Of a stretch of DNA of 64,000 nt, positions 25,011 through 36,978 are shown in pieces. The notes under the pieces were generated by a model, which was given only the letters and a program-made list of their open reading frames with translations, was not told where the DNA came from and did no database searches. Every line of letters begins with the position of its first letter. Position 1 is the stretch's first letter. Origin of the DNA: Octopus sinensis (taxonomy: Eukaryota); assembly GCF_006345805.1 (NCBI RefSeq), contig NC_043019.1, positions 12,709,360 to 12,773,359 on the forward strand, given 5' to 3'. The translations under genes were made by a program, and so were the position numbers.

Positions 25011-25988
25011 ATGTCTGTGTTTGTACCCGCAACATCGCTTGATAACCGATGGCGGTGTGTTTACGTCCCCGTAACTTAACGATTCGGCAAAAGACACCGA
25101 TAGAATAAGTACTAGGCTTACAAAGAATAAGTCCTGGGGTCGATTTACTTGATTGACTAAAGGGGGTGCTCTAGCATGGCCGCAGTCAAATGACTGAAAC
25201 AAGTAAAAGAGTAAGAGTATATATGTGTGTGTGTGTGTGTGTGTATTAGAAATTGAAGGAATCTCGCATGCAGGAGGACAGCTGTGAAAGCAGCGTAGAC
25301 GATCGGGTTACAAAACCCTTACATGACAGGCCTCTGCAACAAAGCCCCGATGGAATAAGTACCAGACGTTAAAACGTATCAAGTACTAGGATCAATGTTT
25401 GACCAAAACCCTTTCAGGGCGCTGCCCCAGAATGACCACAATCCAACGACTGAAACACACAAACGATTAAAGAGAAACACTTAAGGTTGTGCTCCAGCAT
25501 GGCTGCAGCCGAATGACTGAAACAAGTAAAAGAATAAATGAGTAAAAAGAAGAAAAAAAACATGGATGTCCCCTTCAGTTTTATAGGCGCAGGAGTGGCT
25601 GTGTGGTAAGTAGCTTGCTAACCAGCCACATGGTTCCGGGTTCAGTCCCACTGCGTGGCATCTTGGGCAAGTGTCTTCTGCTATAGCCCCGGGCCGACCA
25701 AAGCCTTGTGAGTGGATTTGGTAGACGGAAACTGAAAGAAGCCTGTCGTATATATGTATGTGTGTGTGTATATGTTTATGTGTCTGTGTTTGTCCCCCCC
25801 CCCCACTTAGCGGTTCGGCAAAAAAGAGACCGATAGAATAAGTACTGGGCTCACAAAAGAATAAGTCCCGGGGGGTCGATTTGCTTGATTGACTAAAGGT
25901 GGTGCTCCATCATGGCCGCAGTCAAATGACTGAAACAAGTAAAAGAGTAAAAAGAAAAAAGACATAATGATGAGCATGTGAAACGTAC

Positions 25989-26117
25989 CTTTGGCAATAA
26001 ATTCAAGAACTGCTTTCTTCGTTGGTCCTTTTTGCTTATCAGTCACAGCATAGCAAATAATAGACTGATCTTTAGTTATTCTGTCAAATGTGATCTTAGT
26101 AGTGTTTGTTCCTTTAG
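25989..26117 (-). CDS. aGPCR-like gene exon 8: end of second Ig-like domain (KGTNTTKITFDRITKDQSIICYAVTD...VLEFIAK)
   Basis: Acceptor ttattcaactcag|CT and donor G|gtacgt. 129 nt, phase 1 to 1. Confidence 0.85.
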
Positions 26118-26964
26118 CTGAGTTGAATAAAAGAGAAAAATAATACATAATATATATATATGTAGGAGTGGCTGTGTGGTAAGTAGCTTGCTTACCAACC
26201 ACATGGTTCTGGGTTCAGTTCCACTGCGTGGCACCTTGGGCAAGTGTCTTCTACTATAACCTCGGGTCGACCAAAGCCTTGTGAGTGGATTCGGTAGACG
26301 GAAACTGAAAGAAGCCTGCCGTATATATGTATATATATATATATATGTGTATGTGTGTGTATATGTTTCTGTGTTTGTGCTTGTCCCCCCAACATCGCTT
26401 GACAACTGATGCTGCTGTATTTACGTCCCCAAAACTTAGCGGTTCCGGATAAAGAGAACTTACAAAGAATAAGTCCTGGGGTCGATTTGCTCGACTAAAG
26501 GCGGTGCTCCAGCATGGCCGCAGTCAAATGACTGAAACAAGTATTGAACTATTCCGGTGAAAAATATATTTGTTGCACTGACGAACATGAAATGCATATT
26601 CTGCATTAAATGCGAAATCACATGTGATATGTAACTGAATTCTTTTTTTAAAATGATGTGTTTTGAAGTTTTGCATTCGGTAATATTTTGTTTATTTTTA
26701 GTAGTTTTGACCGCATTGGTCCCTCTTAGCGTGTTGGTATCTACTAATAGTAATACCCTCATTATAATATAAATGAATATTTTCAAAGAGGAAGAATTTA
26801 CGGATTTTTTCTCTTACGAGGTTTTTCACGCTGACTACTGATAATTTCTTTTAAAGATTTTATCCTCAATTGTTAATTTATATGTATATATATATACATA
26901 CATACATACATACATACATACATACATACATACATACATACATACATACATACATACATACATT

Positions 26965-27290
26965 ATGGCTGCCCCCTCGTTATCGAGTATGGCCATTGCA
27001 CGAAGCTTAACTGTTACTGGTGCTGTGATCGAATGTGACTTTTTAGCCCAGCTAAAGATCTACAATGTCTTGTACAAAATTGGCAACTAAACCTTTACTG
27101 GTAATAGTCGGCTGTAGTTGTAACTGGGCTTCATGTACCTTTGCATGTCGTTTAAGTCCTCCTGCCGAATTACACTCTCTTCCACATGCCCGACAGATAT
27201 GATTAGTATGGCGTGTTACACCACCACCAGTGGCCAGGTTGTCACTCATCTGTCTCGTTTTATGACTACAAAGATGACTCATGAGTCCAG
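26965..27290 (-). mobile_element. 3' end of an RTE-like LINE (C2H2-type finger and (TATG)n tail)
   Basis: HICRACGRECNSAGGLKRHAKVH in ORF 27052-27282. The element ends GGCAGCCAT directly into (AATG/TATG)n. Confidence 0.6.
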
Positions 27291-27789
27291 CTTTACATAC
27301 ATATATATATATGTGTGTGTGTGTGTGTGTTGTGTGTGTGTGTGGAGGCGCAATGGCCCAGTGGTTAGAGCAGCGGACTCGCGGTTGTAGGATCGCGGTT
27401 TCGATTCCCAGACCGGGCGTTGTGAGTGTTTATTGAGCAATAACACCTAAAGCTCCACAACGCTCCGACAGGGGGTGGTGGCGATCCTTGCTGAACTCTT
27501 TCGCCACAACTTTCTTTCTTTCTTCTGTTGGCCTGCTCGCTTAGCCAACGAGGTGGCGTCATTTGAAGGCTAAAACAATGCGAAGCGCATTGTGACCAGC
27601 GATGTGCAGCAACATCTGATAGCCTGGTCGGTCACATACATACATACATACATTCAATTTTTTTTTTCATAGCATTTTTACCGATGACCAGATAACTGAA
27701 GAGATGGCGGCGTGGATTTCCACCTCGGCATCCGAAACTCGGAGTTTTATCATGGCTACCGAATAATTGTCACATATTACATTTACAGA

Positions 27790-27845
27790 TACATACATAC
27801 ATACATACATACATACATACATACACACATACATACATACATACA

Positions 27846-27879
<34 letters not shown>

Positions 27880-28406
27880 CATACATACATACATACATAC
27901 ATACGTACGTACAGACATACATACATACAAACATACATACATACATACATACATACATACATACACACACACATACATACATACATACATGCATACATAC
28001 ACACACACACATACATTCATACATACATACATACATACATACATACATGCATGCATACATACATACATACATACATACATACATACATACACACACACAT
28101 ACATACATACATACATACATACAAACATGCATACACACACATACATACATACATACATACAAACATGCATACAAACATGCATACATACATACATGCATAC
28201 ATACATACATACATACATACATACACACACATACATACATACATACATACATATATACATACATGCATACATTCATACATACATACATACATACATACAT
28301 ACATACATACATACATACATGCATACAAGCATACATACATACATACATACACACACACACATACATACACACACATACATACATACATACATACATAATA
28401 CATACA

Positions 28407-28435
<29 letters not shown>
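27790..28435. repeat. (TACA)n microsatellite
   Basis: Seen directly. Confidence 0.98.
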
Positions 28436-28437
<2 letters not shown>

Positions 28438-28479
28438 CATTCTTTAAGAAGTAATATGCTGAAAGTGATTTCGCAGGGA

Positions 28480-28519
<40 letters not shown>

Positions 28520-28615
28520 GCACACACACACACACACACACACAACACACACACACTACACACATACACACTACACACTCACACGCAAAAATACACATAA
28601 GAGCTGTACAAATAC

Positions 28616-28807
28616 CTGCTTTAGTGGAATTTATATAGACCATGCCATTCACGTTGTTGGTAATGGAACAAGACACGTCAACTTTTTTGCCTTCCTCTAC
28701 ATATACTGGGTTGGGGCTAATTTCAACTCTTGGAAGAGGCTTTACTTCTATGGTAATCTCTAAAGTGTTCGCTCTGACGGCGCCTCCAAAGAAACACCGT
28801 GCTGTAC
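28616..28807 (-). CDS. aGPCR-like gene exon 7: end of Ig1 and start of Ig2 (GTARCFFGG...PLPRVEISPNPVYVEEGKKVDVSCSI...)
   Basis: Acceptor ttctttcag|GT and donor G|gtattt. 192 nt, phase 1 to 1. P.V.I.P..V.V.EG..V...C Ig A/B strands. Confidence 0.9.
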
Positions 28808-29039
28808 CTGAAAGAATAAACATTTTTTGTTTCAAATTATGAGTGCAGATATGTGACAATTATGTGACAATTATTCGGTGGCCAGAATATAGCGACAGAC
28901 GAAATACTGCTAAGCATTTCGGTTATGGGGTTAAGAAGCTTGGTCTGCAACCAAACAGTTTCAGGTTCAATTTTGTCGTACTGCGCGGTGCCTTGGATAA
29001 ATGTCGGAAAGACTCCCTCCCGTTCTCCACCATTTTCTC

Positions 29040-29650
29040 CGAATTATTTTTTAGTTTTTTTTTCCAAAAACCCCCGTTTTCGGATACGGAGAATCCGGAA
29101 AATTGCCAAAAATCGGCATTTTGAAATTTTGTCCCCGCTTCCCCTTCAATTTCTTCCTTTTTGACTTTTTTCTCTAACCCTAACCCTAACTATAAAAATT
29201 TGGGGTATTTTTTTTTCAGAATCATAATCTCTGTATTTTTCCGCATATTTTGAAAAAAAATTCTGAAAAAAAAATTTTTTTTTAATTTTTGGAATATTTT
29301 TTTTATAATCATAATTTTCATATTCTTCCGCATATTTTTTTTTTTAAATTCTGAAAAAAAAATTTTACAAAAGGTTTTGTAAATTTTTTTCAGAATCTCT
29401 GTATTTTTCCGCATATTTTGAAAAAAAATTCTGAAAAAAAAATTTTACAAAAATTTTTAGAAATTTTTTTTGCAATCATAATCTTCATATTTTTCCGCAT
29501 ATTTTGAAAAAAAAATTCTGAAAAAAGTTGAAAATGAAGAAATTAGGGGTGGGGTAATTTAAAAATGCTGCTTTTTGCCAATTGATTTTTTTTTTTTTTT
29601 TTGCAGATTCGTATTCTCCGTAGCCGAAAACGGGAGTTTGTGTAGAAAAA
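29040..29650. mobile_element. Foldback/MITE-like element with subterminal inverted repeats, internal AT-rich tandem repeats and (CTAACC)3
   Basis: CCCGTTTTCGGATACGGAGAAT (29073-29094) versus ATTCTCCGTAGCCGAAAACGGG (29613-29634), one mismatch. Confidence 0.65.
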
Positions 29651-29732
29651 AAACAATAAAATGCAAAATAGTAGGGGTTGTTGGGTACAAAACGAAGTCT
29701 TGCTTAAATGTCCACAATCTAATGACTGAAAC

Positions 29733-30581
29733 AAATATTGAGTTGTCCGGAAAGTTCATGCCGATTTATAGTAGCTTTACCCTTTGAATTATTTTAGAAC
29801 ATGGTTGGGTCCATAAAATAGGATTTGACTACACCTCCATTTAGAATACACTTTAAGCTATCTTTTCGTGGAAGAAGGTTTATGTTCCTATAACCTATGT
29901 TAATTCTGTAACCCTTTAAAATGGAAGATAAGAAAGTTCGTTTTCGGCACTTGATGCTTTGGGAACCAGATAAAAATTGCTGCAGCTCGGCTGGAATGTG
30001 TTACCCCACCCTCCATATTCACCAGATATTGCTCCTTCGAGTTTCCACTTATTCAAGTCTCTGCAGAAAGTTCATTTTCGGCACTTGATGCTTTGGGAAC
30101 CAGATAAAAATTGCTGCAGGTCGGCTGGAATGTGTTACCTCACCCTCCATATTCACCAGATATTGCTCCTTCGAGTTTCCACTTATTCAAGTCTCTGCAG
30201 AAAGTTCATTTTCGGCACTTGATGCTTTTCTTTTTCCGTGAAGGGAAAAATGTCTCACAAGCAACCAAAGAAATATGCGCAGTTTACGATGATGTTCCTT
30301 TATCCGAAAGAACTGTACGGAAGTGGTTCGCAAGGTTCCGAGCTGGAGATTGTAACCTTATTGATAAAGAGCGATCAGGCAGACCATCCACTACAGATGG
30401 TGACCAAATCAAGTCATTCATTGAGAATAACCCACATTGCGCAACCCGAGAATTGGCAGAAAACCTCAACCTATCAAAATCCGTCGTTCACAAGCCCCTG
30501 GTAAAGCTTGGGTAATGGCAAGTATTTATTGACCTTTTTCTTTCCTTTAAAAATCGGCACGAACTTTTCGGACAACCCAAT
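29733..30581 (+). mobile_element. Rearranged non-autonomous mariner with both TIRs
   Basis: TIRs at 29733-29766 and 30548-30581. Two 134-bp N-term/catalytic fusion units are followed by the HTH-coding segment. Confidence 0.92.
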
Positions 30582-30620
30582 AAAAGATATAAGCTAGTGT
30601 ATTCAGATAATTCTACTCAC

Positions 30621-30863
30621 CTTTATCAGATAATTTTACAGTCTTAAATTTCAGGATGTTTCCTTCTGGCTCTTGAGCAGTATAGATCCTCGATTCGCTT
30701 TTACTGTTAATTTCAAAGCCTTTCAATGTCCAAATGAGCGCATTTCCGGCGGACAGGGTTTGTGTGTTAGAAATCTGTCCCTTACATTTTATGGACAGCG
30801 TTGAATTCTCATAGATTGAAATTCTCTGGTTCTGGATGTTTAAGGAAATACTTCCCGTAATAT
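30621..30863 (-). CDS. aGPCR-like gene exon 6: first Ig-like domain (ITGSISL...LSIKCKG...LIWTLKG...ILKFKTVKLSDKG)
   Basis: Acceptor ctaccaccag|AT and donor G|gtgagt. 243 nt. Ig C/W/L/D.G pattern. Phase 1 to 1. Confidence 0.92.
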
Positions 30864-31204
30864 CTGGTGGTAGAATTTTCGTAAAGAATAAAGAACAAAC
30901 AGATCCGTTAATTGGTATGCTGACAGAGAAAGAGAAGGAGAGAGAGAGAGACAGAGAGCGAAGGAAAAAGAGAGGAATGAGAGGTGACACATATATTTGG
31001 AAGTTATGGGAGCAACTGTCTTCGAAGACTCATATTGTCGTTGAATGTTCGAAATGAGGAGTAGATAAACAGTCGACAACTGATGAAGTGTCGTTCCGTG
31101 TGTTTCTTGTCCTGTTTGCCATTTTCCTTTCTCTCGTTGTTTGTTTTAGTACTTCACGTTGTTTACAGTTGGCACATCCTGTACCCATATATATACATAT
31201 ATAT

Positions 31205-31246
<42 letters not shown>

Positions 31247-31271
31247 ATATATATATATATATATATATGTA

Positions 31272-31310
<39 letters not shown>

Positions 31311-31771
31311 ATATATATATATATATATATGTTATATATATATAGGCGCAGGAGCGGCTGTGTGGTAAGTAGCTTGCTTACCAACCACATGGTCCCGGGT
31401 TCATTCCCACTGCGTGGCACCTTGGGCGAGTGTCTTCTACTATAGCCTCGGGCCGACAACAGTCTTGTGAAGTGGATTTGGTAGACGGAAAATGAAAGAA
31501 GCCCGTCGTATATATGTATATATATATGCATATGTATGTGTGTGTATATCTTTGTGTGTCTGTGTTTGTCCCTGCAACATCGCTTGACAACCGATGCTGG
31601 TGTGTTTACGTCCCCGTAACTTAGCGGTTCGGCAAAAGAGACCGATAGAATAAGTACTAGGCTTCCAAAGAATAAGTTATGGGGGTCGATTTCCTCGACT
31701 AAAGGCGGTGCTCCAGCATGGCCGCAGTCAAATGACTGAAACAAGTAATAGAGTAAAAGAGTATATATATA

Positions 31772-31809
<38 letters not shown>

Positions 31810-31875
31810 TAAAAACGGTAAGATAACAAAAGAAAGAAAGAGACCTCAATATTATGTAAATAGAGGAAATTTATC

Positions 31876-32163
31876 TATAAAATAATATGTTACATTACTC
31901 AATAGTCAAGATAAAACTCTGAGTTTCAGATGCCGAAGTGGAAATCCACAACACCATCTCTTCGGTTATCTGGCTATCTCCATATTAAATTCTTCTGTGT
32001 GTAAGAGTCCTCAACCGATGTTAGGCGATAATCCCAAAAAGCCGTATTAGCTCTTAGTGGAGATAGCCAGATAACCGAAGAGATGGTGTTGTGGATTTCC
32101 ACTTCGGCATCTGAAACTCAGAGTTTTTCTTGACTATTGAGTAATGTAACATATTATTTTATA
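31876..32163. repeat. Hairpin element: ~107-bp near-perfect inverted arms (31876-31982 / 32058-32163)
   Basis: Direct comparison of the arms. A diverged single arm lies at ~27688-27785. Confidence 0.88.
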
Positions 32164-32350
32164 TATAATATATATATATATATATAAAGTCGACCTAGGC
32201 GTAATTCGGACTCAGAACGGAGCGACGGACGAAATACTGCTAAGCATTTCGTCCGGCGAGCTGAAGATTCTGTCAGCTCGCCGCATTAAAGACAGAAAAT
32301 AAACACGATGAAAAAGAAAAGACAAAAATCTAAGAAGAAAAATATCTCAC

Positions 32351-32484
32351 TTGAAAACGGATCAAAAGTTTTGTTTACAGGTATCTGACCAAAGGAACCG
32401 GAAGTCACTGAGTCCTTAATGAGTTTCTCTCCATCGATTGAGGATCTCATGCGCAGAGAAAAGTCTGCGACCACACTACCAGGC
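32351..32484 (-). CDS. aGPCR-like gene exon 5: C-terminal part of SEA domain (PGSVVADFSLRMRSSIDGEKLIKDSV...FDPFS)
   Basis: Acceptor ttaatttttaag|G and donor A|gtgaga. Phase 2 to 1. GSVV motif. Confidence 0.92.
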
Positions 32485-32649
32485 CTTAAAAATTAAAAGA
32501 ATGGTAAATGCATATAGAAAATGTGTAACAAAATATATATTTAAACTTGCATACGTGCGTGTGTGTATGTATGGGTGTGTGTGTATATATATAGATGTAT
32601 ATATGGATGTATGTGTGTGTGTGTATATATGTATGTATATATGTATGTA

Positions 32650-32704
<55 letters not shown>

Positions 32705-32960
32705 GTGATCTTTCAACATGTGATCTCTTGAGCACCACCAGCAAAAATATTTTTTCCTCTGTCTTCCCTTCTTGGGATCTTTCCTTCTCCTTGTTTCCGA
32801 CGAAGAGCTCCGCTCGAAACGTTAAACCTTCCTTCCCTTCTTTCCTGAGCGTCAAATAATACTTTAATTGTTCCACGTCCTCGCGTTGCTGTGTTTTTTT
32901 TCTCTTTTTTTCTGTGTTTACTTGTTTGGATTAACTTTATATATATATATATAATATATA

Positions 32961-33022
<62 letters not shown>

Positions 33023-33208
33023 GTACAACACACATACATGCATTCATATTATATTACATGCATATTATATTATAAATACATATATATACATATCCACACA
33101 CACATACTTATAAGCATCTCCTTCCTGTTGTACATCGTTCTTTATTGCCACTGTATAAAGATTTTGCAGCTTGATTTTATATACATACATATATATATAT
33201 ATATTATA

Positions 33209-33283
<75 letters not shown>

Positions 33284-34183
33284 GTATAGAATTTAATATA
33301 AAATATAAATTACAAAGTGGGACAAGAACGCAAAAACACACAAGGAGACGACACAAAAAAACAGACGGGTCACTCGAAGCCTCTAATCTTCAGTCGGGAA
33401 CCGGATCATCTTAGTAATTTCGGCTGTTTAATCTCGATATCACTCCGACCCGGCCAACCCCAAGGAAAAACCAAGCCACAGGCATTGGATTTCTTGGAAA
33501 GAGGGTCGAATGTATACGGAACAAAGACAGGATGCCACACGAATGTAAATACAAGAAACAAAAATATATATAAAAAACAGAAATTAAAAACACGAATGGT
33601 GGACAGTACAAGGACAGGAGTGTCTTACGACTTTAGACAATTTTTAACATATCTTGGCTGGCGTATATGAAAAAAGCCTTCAACGGCAAAAACGAAAACG
33701 ACGTGAGCGTGGCCGCGGTCAGGCCGAAATGACCAGTTTGAACGCGGTCACGTGAGAGCACGGAAGAAAGAGAAAGAAAAAAGAAAGGCAGGGAGCAAGG
33801 AATCAAAGAGAGAGGGAAAGAAAGGGACGAAGGCACCAGGGGAGAGAGAGAGAGAGAGAGAGAGAAGGGAGTAATAAGAGAGGGGAGAATATAGATGTAT
33901 ATATGGATGTATGTGTGTGTGTATATAGGTGTGTATATATGTATATATGTATGTATGTGTGTGTGCATATATATATATATATAATATATATATATATATA
34001 TACACGTACAAACACACATACATGCATATTATATTATAAATACATATATATACATATCCACACACACATACGTACGCATGCACACACACATACTTATAAG
34101 CATGTCCTTCCTGTCGTATATCGTTCTTTATTGCCACTATATAAGAATTTTTGCAGCTTGATTTTATATACATACATACATAC

Positions 34184-34275
<92 letters not shown>

Positions 34276-34399
34276 ATATATATTATATATCCTTCCCTTC
34301 TTTCCTGAGCGTCAATAATACTTAATTGTTCCACGTCCTGCTGTGTTTTTTTCTTTTTTTCCCCTTTTTTCTGTGTTTTCTTGTTTGGATTAACTATAT

Positions 34400-34465
<66 letters not shown>

Positions 34466-34468
34466 TAT

Positions 34469-34505
<37 letters not shown>

Positions 34506-34867
34506 CAAGATAAGAAAATGGAGAAATACATCTAAATCAAATATCAATTACCAGATAATACTCAATCACATACTTTATTAAACCACCACATAAGAGACTG
34601 TAGGGTTAAACATAAAAAAGCAGAACAAATCAGTGTACATAAAGGAATGTACATAAAAAAGTGTACATAAAAGAGTAATGTTGTATAATAAGTGGAATAT
34701 ATATAAAAGAGAATATAAATACAAGTAAATATAAATATAAGTATAAATTAGATCTTACAGCTGTTTCGGCCATGTCGATAATTATGTCTCATTTTACCAA
34801 TATTAGCCCTTTATGGTTGGTCAATATATAGATTAGGCTCATGTTATATACCGAAAGAGCTCTTATC

Positions 34868-35073
34868 CCAGTCTGTCATCCCGGTTTTCAAACAGGGAAA
34901 TAGATCCCTCGCTGTCAACTATCGCCCAATCTCACTCACCTCCCATACAATTAAAGTGTTTGAAAGGATAGTAAGATCAAGGATAGCTGGCTTCCTGGGG
35001 AGCCACAAACTCCTAAATCCAAACCAGCATGTCTTTCGCTGCAACAACGACTGTCTAACACATCTCTTGCACA
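34868..35073 (+). mobile_element. CR1/L2-type reverse-transcriptase fragment
   Basis: VIPVFKQGNRSLAVNYRPISLTSHTIKVFERIV...LLNPNQHVFR...CLTHLL (hand translation). Confidence 0.8.
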
Positions 35074-35074
35074 T

Positions 35075-35181
<107 letters not shown>

Positions 35182-35211
35182 TAACGTAATATCTAATATA
35201 TATACACTTAC

Positions 35212-35261
35212 TTAAAGCTGAGGTTTGTTATGACCACCTTGTCTTTGAGTACTTCTATCGC
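35212..35261 (-). CDS. aGPCR-like gene exon 4: 50-nt middle SEA exon (AIEVLKDKVVITNLSFK)
   Basis: Acceptor ttattttcag|GCG and donor AA|gtaagt. Phase 0 to 2, the exact phases needed to join its neighbours and give FKPGSVV. Confidence 0.88.
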
Positions 35262-35438
35262 CTGAAAATAAAACGGAACATATTATAATAAAATCAGTGT
35301 AAACGTTTTTACTCTCAGACCAACCATCAATTAAGGCCACTGCTTGCCAGATCATGGGCAAGTGTCTTCTGCTATAGCCCCGGGCCGACCAATGCCTTGT
35401 GAGTGGATTTGGTAGACGGAAACTGAAGGAAGTCTGTC

Positions 35439-35531
<93 letters not shown>

Positions 35532-36865
35532 TGTCCCGCTAGCATTGCTTGACAACCGATGCTGGTGTGTTTACGTCCCCGTCACTTAACGGTTCGGCAA
35601 AACAGACCGATAGAATAAGTACTGGGCTTACAAAAGAATAAGTCCCGGGGTCTATTTGCTCGACTAAAGGCGGTGCTCCTGCATGGCCGCAGTCAAATGA
35701 CTGAAACAAGTAAAAGAGTAAAAGAGTATACAATATATAGTACTGCTTACAATTAAAACGGTATTGAAATTATATACACAGAATTTTGTGTATATAATTT
35801 TAATACCGTTTTTATTGTAAGACTCTCTTTTTTTACGGGGACGTAAACACACCAGCATCGGTTGTCAAGCAATGCTAGGGGAACAAACACAGACACACAA
35901 ACATATTCACACACACTTATATATATATACATATATACGACAGGCTTCTTTCAGTTTCCGTCTACCAAATCCACTCACAAGGCATTGGTCGGCCCGGGGC
36001 TATAGCAGAAGACACTTGCCCAAGATGCCACGCAGTGGGACTGAACCCGGAACCATGTGGTTGGTTAGCAAGCTACTTACCAAACAGCCACTCCTGCGCC
36101 TGACTATATATTGTATCTTCTTAACGCATTCTTAGCATATTTATAAATTCATCTGTCTGGCTGTCTAGTCACAAGGATGTTTCCGCTTGGTAATTGCAAT
36201 GCACTTTTGTAAGCCAAACGCCATCGTATTCTGTCTGTCGGTGTCACCGGCTTCACCGTCGCGGCTGTTTTTGTTTTTGTTGTGCCTACCATCGTCGTTG
36301 TCATGCCACTGTTCTTGCGACATCTCAACCTTCACAATCCCAGTCTTATCAGGTGCATTACCTATCTAGGACTATATCAATCGGTATATCCCATTTATGA
36401 GGGATTTGAGTGTGAGAGAATTGACATCCTAGTTCTAGCAGATTGGGTAACCATGTACAGGCTCCCGTTTTGGCTCCTCTCTTATGTTGTTGGTAACTGC
36501 TTAGCCTCTGAGCATGAGAGTGTAGGCGTATTTCAAAGATAATCCAACAGCGACTATCCCAAGACTACATTATCTAAGGTGTCTAAGGTATCGAAGATTA
36601 CATGAGCCAGTCTATTCCACTGCTTTATAAAGATGGTAAGTTATGATTTGAAATGAATCTGGCATGTAACATGTAGTATTGAAACGTTCGTAACTAAAGA
36701 ATTGTAATACAATAAATTCCACTCTTCGACTGGCTAGGCTTTAAAAGGGTGCATTTATTTTTTATTTTTTAATCCTGCTGAACATTGCCGTATTTAAAGG
36801 GTTTAACTTCTATTTAAGAACTCGACTTGCATCATATGATATAAAGTTTAATAAGGTTTACTCAC

Positions 36866-36978
36866 GTTTCCCGTTAGTTTATCTTTTAAACTACGATATT
36901 CTGACGAAGTATTACTTAGGTAAGCAGTAATCCAGGGTAGTTGTAGTTGCAGCATCACTTGCAACGTTTTATGAGGTT
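36866..36978 (-). CDS. aGPCR-like gene exon 3: N-terminal SEA (EPHKTLQVMLQLQLPWITAYLSNTSSEYRSLKDKLTGN)
   Basis: Acceptor ttcatttcag|AA and donor AAC|gtgagt. W...L.N.SS.EY..L SEA motif. Phase 1 to 0. Confidence 0.92.

Noticed and set aside
26460-26786. 108-aa minus-strand ORF between the Ig2 exons
   Set aside because: The flanking exons already join in phase, there is no domain motif, and the 3' end runs into a SINE.
21443-28552. Long ORF-track entries rich in YIHT/MYVC/HTHT/YIYI (and similar ones across the window)
   Set aside because: They are translations of (TACA)n, (CA)n, (TA)n, (GA)n or (GATA)n microsatellites.
29174-29190. Interstitial telomere or chromosome-fusion scar
   Set aside because: Only about three units, inside a foldback-like element, with no head-to-head telomeric arrays.
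36170-36370. Coding-like minus-strand stretch (…MAFGLQKC…) in the SEA intron
   Set aside because: It is not needed for exon phase continuity and ends in a stop. At best it is a tiny RLE-LINE RT remnant.
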